A stretch of 64,000 nucleotides of DNA, taken from Guillardia theta CCMP2712 (taxonomy: Eukaryota > Protista > Cryptophyta). Positions 11,523-21,739 of the stretch are shown here, in pieces. The notes under the pieces are model-generated. The model was not told the DNA's origin. It did no database searches and was given only the letters and a program-made list of their open reading frames with translations. Made by a program: the position numbers and the translations under genes. The DNA lies in contig NW_005434631.1 of NCBI RefSeq assembly GCF_000315625.1, positions 248,001 to 312,000 of the forward strand, read 5' to 3'. Every line of letters starts with the position of its first letter. Within the stretch, counting starts at the first letter, position 1.

Positions 11523-14500
11523 TCAGTTCTTCGGTTTCTTCTTGCTGTAGAACTTCTCGAAGTCCTTGTGGCGAGGCCCTGCGGGCTGAGCAAGGGGTTC
11601 AGTTGAATCAACTCCCTCTCCCTGCTCTGCTCACCCTCTGTCTCTCATACTCTCCATACACCAGACTCTTGCCGCCGCTCAGGCCGCTCATGCTCCCAGA
11701 GACTCGTTTCACCTTGCACGCAACGTCAACATGGCTTTGGAGGAGGTACATGCAAGCTCAGGGCTCACCGATCCTGTTCCGTAGGCTCCAGCAGACTGGA
11801 GAGCAGCCTGTACGCGTTCCTTGGCTTCTTTCCCTGCCAACTGAGTAAGAGGAGAGCGGAAACCAAGAGCGAAGTGTTACTGTCTTCGATGGCGAGCTGC
11901 AGCAGATCCTTCTCAAGCTCTGTACCGCCATACTTGCCTGCATGGCGCATCAACAGCGGGGGGGGAGGCAGCAAGGAGCGACCTGCGCCCTTGTTCATGG
12001 TGAAGATGTCCAGTCCGCGATGGTCCTCGAGCTGTGTGACAACCTTGAACGCGTAGCCCTGCATGCGCGTCAGGAGGATGAGGAAGGGCTCTGTTCTCAC
12101 CTGATCCACTAGATATCTCTGTCGCTTCGTCGAGTAGTACATCTCCTGCGTGTCCTGCGATGGTTGAGGGGCGCGGGGAGGAGGGCACGAGTTCACCTTG
12201 GATACGAGGGTATAGAAATGCGCGTTGTATCGGGCATTGGAACTGTAGGCCGTCAGAGACGGGAATGCCTTCCGTCCTGCCTCGTGTTACCCGGGTTTGG
12301 GGCGGAGGATGCGGCCAAGTCGTTGAGCTTCCTTCTGCCTTGACCCGAAGTTGGAAGAGATCTGCTCGCAAGGGAGGGTGAGCAGCGCGAGCTCGTTGCT
12401 GGGACTCTCCCACCTGGATGATGACGGAGGCGTCGGGGAGATCGATGGCGGCATCTCCGACGGACGACCTTGCATGCATCTCAGCGTCTTGATGTGACCA
12501 GGGAGCCTTCTTACATGAACAGCGTCTTGACCTCGGAGCTCGCGTCACGAAACTTGCTCAGGACCTTGCAACGCATGGGTCAGGATGGCAGGGCGAGAGG
12601 CTACCATGGTCCAATCACCTCCTCCCTCGTCGCTGCATCGTCATCTCCGGTCATGCAACGACGATTCATCCGATCGCTGTGGAAGGCGATGAGACAAGTA
12701 GCAGCAGCGCCAAGGAAGGCAACCTGTAGGCAACGATGGGACGAAGGTCGTCGGAGAACACAATGATCTTGTGCCCAGCCTCCTCCCAAAAATGAATCTG
12801 GTCCACCAACCATCACCTCAGAACAAGCAGCATCGCAAGTTTCTCACAAGAAATTCCACGGCAGCAAGTTTGTTTGGATTCATGATCCATAGATCCTTTC
12901 TCTGTGAACATCCTCAGTTGTCAACAAGAAGGTTGATCGATTCCTTCTGAACCTGCCGGGCTGTGGATTCAAGGTACGTTCGCATGAAGAGAGGTGTCAT
13001 CGGGCACCAAACCTCCACACATTGAACTCTTTAGCTCATGTTAGGAGCAGGGAGAACCCGAAGAAAAACAGCTGACCTTGCAAGATATCCTTGGTTTGAG
13101 AGATCCTGCCAGTCTGCCTGTAGGAAAAGAATCAACAGGGTCTTGGAAGTACGACAGTGAACAAGCAACCTCATAGAGCTTCGGCCCTATCAGATTCTTG
13201 AGCTCTTTGATCTTGTCGTCTTCACGGACGAGCGTCGCCGTCAGTCCAAGCTTGCAGTGGGCATTCACTACGTTGAGAACTTGCCAGAACTTCTCAGCAA
13301 AACTCAGGTGAACCTCGTCCAGCACTATGATCCCCCACTGCCGCTTCTTGATCTCTTCGATCAGCGCCTCACCCGCCTTCGATCTCTTCTTGTCCAACGT
13401 GATCATAGGATAGGTTGTGATAAGGAGTTTCCCAAGAGGCTTGTTCTGCCAGTCTCCTCCTTTGCTCAGAAAGCAAGTAACGTCTGACTCCTTCACGTTG
13501 GTCCAGGTGCTGGTGAACTGCTGCTTCCACTGCGTCACCGCCATGGACGTATTGCAGATCACAGCAGCGCACTTCTTGATATTCGCAACAGCTGAGATCC
13601 CAACCAGCGTCTTGCCTGCACCACAGGGGAGGACGATGAAACCCGAACGAGCTCTGCCGTGCGAGAACATCTTGGAAAGGGATTTCTCTTGGTAGGAGCG
13701 AATGAAAGTCCCTGGCCGGGCCTCGATCTTGAGGTCCGGAGTGACCCTGTCGTTTGCGAAGTCATACTCCTCGAGCACGGGCAGGTTGATCTCAAGGCAC
13801 TGCTTCTTCACATCAAGGTGCATGCTCCGACGGATCTCGATCTGCCACATCTGAGACCTCGGCACGTCGTTCCCACGGACGTCAGCCCCGCTGTCATCTT
13901 CACCGATCTCGATGAGATCTTCCAGTGCAGCCACCTCGTCCTTCCTTGCCTCGTCCTTCTTCGCCCCTTTGTCGTCATTCAGCGCCCCCATGGACGGCTC
14001 ACCCTTGCCCAACACGTTCATGCCCTCTGGCAGGGAAGGCATGTCGGTGTCGTTGAGGATGCCTTGACCTTCCCTTCCAGTCATTGCGCTCTTGATGACA
14101 TCGTCTCCTCTCAGCCGCTCATAGATTGCCTTGGAAGGAGTCTCCAGGAAGAAGCGGTCATCCACTATCACCTGGTACACCCTGTCACTCGCATGCTACA
14201 CAATACAGGGAGCGTCCCAACCATCTTCACTTTTCCGTACACAGCTGTGCAGTTGCGGATGAAGTTCTCAATGGATGTCGGCACTCGCGTCTTGCACAGC
14301 ATGCTGAGCCGAGAGATGATGGTCTCAGAGTCCAACCCGATGGAGACCGCAGCGTGCAGGGAGTGCTGTTATGCAACAAAGTGAGCCCAGGACATGTAAG
14401 AGGAAGATGCAAGTCGTTGCAAGGACACGAAGGGCACTTGCCTGTGTCATCTCATACTCATTGATGTATTCGCACCTACTGACCGGCTCCGCAATAGCGA

Positions 14501-14870
14501 TCATGAAGTCTTCAGCGTACTTGAAGAAGGGAGAGAATCGTTCAAGGAAGCAGTGTTTGTTCCTCCCCACACACAAGGGCCGTGTTGAATGGTCTCCTTT
14601 CAGTTGTAGATCGCTCCAGTCTTTCTCTTCCTCTTCTTCATCCTCGTCTTCCGAGTCGCCAACCTCGCTCTGTGCTTCCTCCTCCTCCGACTTCTGCTTC
14701 TCCGATGGGGGCAGAATTTTCAGTTTGATCCTCCCGCTGCTCTCCTTCTCTCCTCCTCCTCCCCCTCCTCCTGAAGTGACTCTTGAATCCTCACTATCGG
14801 CTCTCTCTCCTCCTCCGTCTCCTCCCTCGTCTCCTCCCTCCCTCCTCCTCTTCTCAGGCCCTCCTCCCAT
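11523..14870 (-). CDS. XPB: TFIIH helicase/translocase subunit XPB
   Basis: [83 protein letters not shown]. Multi-exon, ends FYSKKKPKN*. Confidence 0.97.
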
Positions 14871-15855
14871 GGACGCCCAACAGAGAACAGGGATCCTCAT
14901 CCCCGCTCAACCCCGCACTATCTGCCTCAGTGCCGGCCTACTGACCGGCCGGGCCCAGTACCGGGCCAAAGAGTACGCTGTCAGTACCCTTGGGAGTTGA
15001 AGGAACAGAACAAAGGGGGGTGGGGTAGGGAAATTCGGAGCTGTATACGTGGGGTACAAAGTAGCACATTTGGGGGTGAAGGCGAATATAGGGGGGGTAC
15101 TTTGACGGAGGTCAGCGGCCTCTGGTTTCTATAAGGACCCCTCCCGTCATGCACCCATAAATTTTCTATCCAACCGGTTATATTTACTGTAATGATACCC
15201 GTACTCAGATAACCCCCACCTCCCTGCAAACACTGGCACCCTCACATATAAATCGTGTCGAGATTCCCCCGGTCCATGCCGAGGAGAAGCAGGGAGTGGG
15301 AGGGAAAGGAATGAGGGGAGGGCAGGAAAGCACAAGACAGATCGACTGGTGACTATCTCGATGATAGAATGGCTCGGAGGGACAAAGAACGATGTTGAGT
15401 TGAGACTCATGTTGTGCAGGTAGAACACACACAATCAGAAACGAATGGGAAGACTCATGCGTAGGTAGGGAAATTGAGAGTAGGCTGCATCCCGACCAAT
15501 GCAGAGCAAAGCGTTCAAGTTTTGAGGCACAGATTCAAGCTGCTTTTGTTGGGAAAGAGAACCCAAGAGGCATGGAAAGGGGAACGCAACGAGAAATAGT
15601 GGGATCTTTGTGTTTGCGGGCAAGAGAAAACGATTTATTGAGGGGTTCATTATTTCTTGTACACCTCCAATACTAGAATGTGTGCAAGACTCAGGCAAAA
15701 GAGAAGCTTTCATGGAGCCATCTTTCAAATGGAAGAAGTAGAAACAGAAATAAGAGTAGATGGAGAACGGGGAGTTAGGTCTAAAAGCTCATTGCGTATA
15801 TCATCGGCACGCTAAGACCCTTGGTTCTCGGCCCCTTTGCTAACTCGTTTGTGTG

Positions 15856-16322
15856 AAGATGATGCAGAAGGCTTTGTTTGGACTTCTCTTGCTCTACGTG
15901 AGCGGCGCATCCGCTTTCGCTCCTTCCATGTCGCTTCCTCGCAAGCTTCCCCTCAGCAGATCCCACGTCCAGAGCAAGCAGTCCACCGTCTGCAGCATGG
16001 ATCGCTCTCAGTTCGCCAATGCTGCTGTATCTTCTGCTCTCATTGCATCCATTGCCTTGTTCTCCCCTGCTATCGCTCCTGTCGACGCTGCAGTAGCTCC
16101 CAACCCCTATGCTAAGGTGGCATTACTTCACTTTTGTTGATGTATCTCTCATGCCCATCACAGGATCAGCCTACCGAGGTTAAGACTGAGACCAAGAAGA
16201 GCGAAGGAGGAAACGCTGGTCTGGTCGCTATCCCCCTTCTTGCAGGCTTGGCCCTTTCCTACCCTTTCTTTTCCCGTAGCACGGAGAGACTCGTCGAGAA
16301 GGCGCAGGGCAAGAGGAAGTAA
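15856..16322 (+). CDS. Small plastid-targeted single-pass (thylakoid-type) membrane protein, 2 exons
   Basis: Signal peptide + ASAFAP + transit peptide, then a second hydrophobic stretch ending APVDA. Intron 16117-16163. TM segment AGLVAIPLLAGLALSYPFF and a basic tail. Confidence 0.75.
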
Positions 16323-16512
16323 ACGAGCCTCCTGAGGTTCTGCTCTGGAACATCCTCACGATCTGATATACTCCATTCGCCGAAAGATTTTGGATATGAC
16401 TTTCGTAGTTTGGTTCATAGCAAATAAAACAATACAATATCAAAGACTAAGGAAGCTAGCTTCCATCCAGCTTTCTCACGCAATAGATATTTGTGATCTT
16501 GTGCTCCGCTGA

Positions 16513-18015
16513 TCAAGGCATTCCTCTCCACACGTACACAATATCATGATGGCCTTGCCCGTTAAATTTGGAGGAGGCGCAACGAGTGTAGGCACCCATA
16601 TCAGGAAACCAGATCCAGTCACCCACATTCAGTTCTGGGAGTCTCGTGCAAGGCAGCACAACATCGATACTGTCACACGTGGGGCCGAACAGCTTCGTAG
16701 GTACAATGCGCACCGGATCGACGGGATCAAAGAGAACATGCGGAACCACGACTGCGTGATCGAATACCACACAGTTGAAGGATCCGTAGCAGCCATCATT
16801 GATATACAGCGCAACCTCGGGAGCATTGTCCTCACCGACTGCCTCTGACTTCTTGAATACTAGGATGTCTTGACCATCGTTCTCCTTGCCGGGTCTGGCC
16901 CCAAAAGACTCAATCTCAGCAGTATCTGCAAGCTGTGACTCGCTAAGCTGTCTCTTGGCAATGACAGCAACTGCGTAGGTATGGCTGGCACAAACCATGT
17001 ACCTGCCAGGCTCTGCAATGATCTGAACTCCTGAAGATGGAGGAAAGAAGTGATCCAAAGCGTCGGACAAAGTCAATGCAACATCTCGGAACGAAAATTC
17101 ACCATCGTCTGTCCCAGGGAATCCTCCACCGCAATCGAGAAGAACTGGATTGAATCCATAGCTAGAGGCGAGATCGAAAGCTTCCCTGGCAGATTCCACG
17201 GCATCCGCGAACGGTTTGAGATCCCCACAGCCCGATCCCACGTGAAAGCTGAAGCCAACCACATTGATTCCCAAGGCCTTGCTCGTTTGCAGGAGCGCGT
17301 CCCACTCGTGCTTCGGGGCTCCAAATTTGGAGTTGAAGCGACAGACGGATTTCGAGTCATCGACAGCGATCCGGATCACAATTTCTGCATCGGGGAAGAT
17401 GTCAGCAATCTTGTAAAGCTCCTCAATGTTGTCTGCAGTCATCTTCTTCACACCGGACCTCTTCGCAAAGCTAATCATACTTGCTTGCTTGCAAGGATTT
17501 GCATATATAATCCTGGAAGGCTCCACACCAAGTTCCAAAGCAGCCTTGATTTCAGCCTTACTGGCGCAGTCGAAGCCACAACCAGCAAGGGCCAGCATTC
17601 GGGCAATGTATGCGTCGTTGTTACATTTCACGGCGTAGAATGGCTTTACTCTTGGAAGAAGCACTTTCCATTGGTTGAGTTTTGCAAGGACAGTCGTAAG
17701 ATCGACGACGTAGAATGGATCTTGATCGGTGAGCTCAGTGGAAATGTCAGCAAGCAGCTTGCTCATTTCCATCGTTGCATCGATCTTGCGAACACACTCG
17801 TCATCTAGGATGGATTCCACTCCTTTGTTCTCCATGAAGACTTCAGGGCCCCATTTGTCGCAGTCCGGCTGGTCCGGACAAACTCCCTTTTCATCTGCAG
17901 AAATAGATGCCAGTGCATTCTTCTGGTCGATAACATCACTGTTGTTGCTGGTGATGCCTGCAAGGTCTGCATGAATCCTGTCAGGGAGGACGGCCGGGAT
18001 ACAAGGAGCTTCCAT
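16513..18015 (-). CDS. ODC: Ornithine decarboxylase (fold-type III PLP enzyme), intronless
   Basis: PFYAVKCN (PLP lysine), FDCASKAE, IIYANPCK, FHVGSG, GGGFPG, EPGRY, GPTCDSID, MGAYT. Confidence 0.96.
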   Translation of the reverse strand: MEAPCIPAVLPDRIHADLAGITSNNSDVIDQKNALASISADEKGVCPDQPDCDKWGPEVFMENKGVESILDDECVRKIDATMEMSKLLADISTELTDQDPFYVVDLTTVLAKLNQWKVLLPRVKPFYAVKCNNDAYIARMLALAGCGFDCASKAEIKAALELGVEPSRIIYANPCKQASMISFAKRSGVKKMTADNIEELYKIADIFPDAEIVIRIAVDDSKSVCRFNSKFGAPKHEWDALLQTSKALGINVVGFSFHVGSGCGDLKPFADAVESAREAFDLASSYGFNPVLLDCGGGFPGTDDGEFSFRDVALTLSDALDHFFPPSSGVQIIAEPGRYMVCASHTYAVAVIAKRQLSESQLADTAEIESFGARPGKENDGQDILVFKKSEAVGEDNAPEVALYINDGCYGSFNCVVFDHAVVVPHVLFDPVDPVRIVPTKLFGPTCDSIDVVLPCTRLPELNVGDWIWFPDMGAYTRCASSKFNGQGHHDIVYVWRGMP

Positions 18016-19194
18016 AGCGCTTAAGTGAAAGGGAACAGAACGAGGGTCTGATCTTTGAACTTGATTCTCTTTGGCCTCAGGCAGCTAGCACAATGCAGGC
18101 TGGCTACGAAAGGCAGGAGGGATTCTCTCAACTAAGGGAGAGCAGAAAGGCAGCTAGCGGAAGGAGAAGCGAGAGGAGAGGCGGAGGACGGGAAGTCAGA
18201 GGACGCTGGATGGAAATCGAAGTTTGATGAGGCGCGTGCCTACAATGTTGTTGGATGGAGGGGGTACATCCTAAGGGGGTGGTGGTCCGTCATGACCCCA
18301 ATAGTACCGGGTACATTTCCACTTCCATCTACTGGCGCGATGTAGGCTGGGGTACCGTGGGGAAGAAACGATGGTGGGGTGCTAAATTACGAGGTTGGGG
18401 TTGGGTCCTGTAGCAAGTGGGGTGGGTTTTCCAAGATCCGCACGAGACTCGCTTAAACAAATATAGACACAGAAGCGGGGGTAGGGTTATCAAGGAAGGG
18501 TTATCGATTGAATTCAATCATATTGGACCGGTATTTTGAGCTTTCGAATCAGTTAAAAAGGGGGTAGGGTTTTTGGTTTTCATTCGCTAGGGTGGGTAGG
18601 GAGCTTTTTTCAGGGGTGCGCTGGAGATGTGATGCCAGGGTACCGGATCCTGTATTTGCAAGGTCAGGGTAGCTACATGGCTCGAATTTTCTATTACCAA
18701 AGTCAGAAAATCGACATTCCTTGAGAGCCCTCAGAGTACAAGGGCCTGGTATAACCGACGTATGTGTCTGGTGATGGAATCCTGACCACCGTATGAGTTT
18801 CCCAGAATTACAGCTCGAATGCTCAGGTGGGGTGGTATACCACTCGCTATCCTCGTTCTGCACCCCACAAAACCCATTGCTGGATGCAATCTCGGGGTCT
18901 GTCCTAGTTGATAATTAGGGGGTGGGGTAGTTTTGAGAACCCAAAACCTGGGGGGTCCTCCCAGGCCTTGCCAGAAAGAATAGATTTAGCTGGACATAGT
19001 AAATCAAAAGAATCAGCTAATATGATAAAGTACCACCCCCCTATCTACCAGACTCTTTTGCTTTCTTATTACCCCAGCTAGAATGTTATCCACCCCCTAG
19101 AATCCAGTCACCTACCCGTACCATTTGAGGATACCCACCCACCTCACCAACAACGTACTGAGGGGCCAGAGTGTGAAATCTATTTCCGTTCACC

Positions 19195-19915
19195 ATGTTC
19201 GCTCTTGTTCGCAACGTCGAGTCTCTCAAGGCTGTCAGGTAAGACGACGGGAAGAGGAGAAACTTGCACTCTGCCTTGTACCTCTTGGTTACCAGATGCT
19301 CATTCAACTTATTCCTTCTTGCTTCATTACCCCCCCCCCCCCCCCCCCCCACACACACACACCATCTCTCCCCCTTAGTTGATAAGCTTTCCTGTGCATT
19401 GCCACGGCCCTGTGCTTGTTGCACAACTCTGTATAGTAGTGTGTGTATTTTTTTTCGTATGGAGGTATCAACCCACTGCTTTCACGTCATTCTTCACCCC
19501 TTGAAGCCATCTGTGCTTCAATGTGCAAAAATGCAACACAGCTTTAGGACTGGAACATTCTACCTGCGTCGAATACCATCTTCTTGTACCCGCTACTTGA
19601 TCCCTTTCATGAATATGTGTCGCATGCTATGCATAAGGCATTGTTTCCACATACTAAACCATCTCGAACCAAGGCATAGAATCGAGCCCATTTCTGAATA
19701 ATGATGTTTGGTCGTTGTGCAGCTATGTCGAGGCCTACGGTGCCGGCCAGTTCGATGGCCAGAGCTCTGGACACGACTTCTACGGGGTATAGTTGACCGC
19801 TCCGTTGAAATGCGCCTGACTCGACTTTCAGACCCTCTGGCTTCCCCCAACTGGATGGGTGAACAACTGTGATGGCGGCCGCTCCCACTCGTATTGTGAC
19901 TACCGCCAGCAATAA
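19195..19915 (+). CDS. Putative spliced microprotein (~63 aa), unknown function
   Basis: Exons 19195-19238, 19723-19786 and 19832-19915 join in frame with GT-AG borders. ATG is in a CACCATG context. The 45-nt second intron has a CTGAC branch-like motif. Confidence 0.55.
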
Positions 19916-20236
19916 GCTTGCACGACCAAATCCTTTGCGGTGGAGGGTACACAACATTCTAGCATATCTTTGACTTGAACATCTACGAGAACCTCAAACT
20001 TTGTTTCCTTTTTACGGCCCATACACCACAGTGGAACTGAGACTGACTACCACTTATTTTCCCATTAACGAGTGTCACGCAAATGCTACAGACTGCTTCT
20101 GGTATCGTCTGGATGACATGCGAACGCAGCAAATGGTCAAAATCTGTGAATTTATGTAGAATGTTTGCGGCGCCGCTGCAGCGGCAGACGGACAACTAAT
20201 CAACTTGCGACGTATCTGGCAATGAGCGGAGCCTGT

Positions 20237-20552
20237 GACGGAATACAAGTTTGTTAGACTTGTACTAGTCCAAAGTCACGCAGACGTCACATCGACCTTA
20301 GTTGTAACAAGACAGTTTTTGCTCAAGACCGAGTTTAATGCACACAAAACCAGAATTGAGGAGCACATGAGAGATTAGGATGTGAAACCCAAGCATCCAG
20401 ACATGAGAGGACCTTAGCAAGACGGCTAGGAAAGCCCCCCTCTTCGTCCCACACGCTACATGTCCGCCTTGCCACGTAAGTCGTCTTGGTTTACAGGAGA
20501 GTTTTTGTTAACATGGCGCTATCTGACTGGCACGGCTGGCATACGTTCCATC
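20237..20552 (-). repeat. 3' LTR
   Basis: Matches 21424-21739 and abuts the polypurine tract. Confidence 0.93.
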
Positions 20553-20824
20553 CTCCCCCCGAGTTTCTGAAATAGTACGTTACATCGGACGTCAGAAAGT
20601 CACGCAAACAAGAATGTCAGCAGATCCAAGTCAAGATACGACGATACATCGTCAAGTTCACAGTCATGCTGAGTGGGCAATAACCATTCAAGGATTGTCC
20701 ATTCTGAAGAAGATTTTCATGCAGAGCTATTAGATGTGCAGTAAAGAGATAAGGAAGATGCATAGCGAGCGGGTGCAATGAAGAGCGATAGAGTATAGGA
20801 TAAGAGAGTCTGAAGAGAGAGAAG

Positions 20825-20827
<3 letters not shown>

Positions 20828-20861
<34 letters not shown>
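20828..20861. repeat. (GA)n microsatellite inside the LTR element
   Basis: About 16 GA units. Confidence 0.95.
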
Positions 20862-20863
<2 letters not shown>

Positions 20864-21423
20864 TGCCCGCCGGCATTTGAAGACCAAAAGATAAATTTTT
20901 TGAACCGTAAAGAACTTGTGACCAGAGATTGCTGCCGCGAGATTGGAACATCCGTTTCAAGGCATCTGAAGATTGTTGTGCAGTAGTACCTTGTTCGCCG
21001 ATCCAGAAGTAGCTCCAGTTATGCATGCCACAGCCTAGCTCCATGACATGAAACTTCCGCCAGATCTCCTGGTAGTTCCATTTGATCCTACTCAAAGATC
21101 AAGAAGATTAAAATCGAATAAGCTTCAAGTGCGTTTCCACACGGTTAAGCAGATATTCGACCGACCAATCTGGCTGGGGAAGGCTTGTTTTTCCAATTCG
21201 AAGATCAATCAAACAAATTGAGGCTGAAATGAGAGGCCTAAACAACTTGCGGCTAGAGAGAGAGCCTGATTGAAGAGAGGAGTCATCCGAATTTGTAAGG
21301 CTTGAATTGCATGAATTTTCGACAGTAACGAAACGATACCAAGAAAGAAAAAACTCCAGTAAACAATTCAACTAACCAAATATAAGATCAACATGATTGA
21401 GCATGTAATCGGGGCCCATAACC

Positions 21424-21739
21424 GACGGAATACAAGTTTGTTAGACTTGTACTAGTCCAAAGTCACGCAGACGTCACATCGACCTTAGTTGTAACAAGAC
21501 AGTTTTTGCTCAAGACCGAGTTTAATGCACACAAAACCAGAATTGAGGAGCACATGAGAGATTAGGATGTGAAACCCAAGCATCCAGACATGAGAGGACC
21601 TTAGCAAGACGGCTAGGAAAGCCCCCCTCTTCGTCCCACACGCTACATGTCCGCCTTGCCACGTAAGTCGTCTTGGTTTACAGGAGAGTTTTTGTTAACA
21701 TGGCGCTATCTGACTGGCACGGCTGGCATACGTTCCATC
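21424..21739 (-). repeat. 5' LTR
   Basis: Matches 20237-20552 and abuts the primer-binding site. Confidence 0.93.

Noticed and set aside
13257-17974. Long antisense ORFs over XPB and ODC (e.g. 13659-14384 +, 17050-17808 +)
   Set aside because: Shadow ORFs expected from GC-rich codon usage on the opposite strand. No motifs.
18016-18240. Polyamine-responsive non-AUG uORF upstream of ODC
   Set aside because: No AUG uORF. The ATT-initiated frame I could read lacks the PPW or PS-stop ending known from such uORFs, so it is unsupported without comparative data.
20730-21371. gag/pol ORFs within the LTR element
   Set aside because: Short ORFs with non-ATG starts and no zinc knuckle, protease, integrase or RT motifs.
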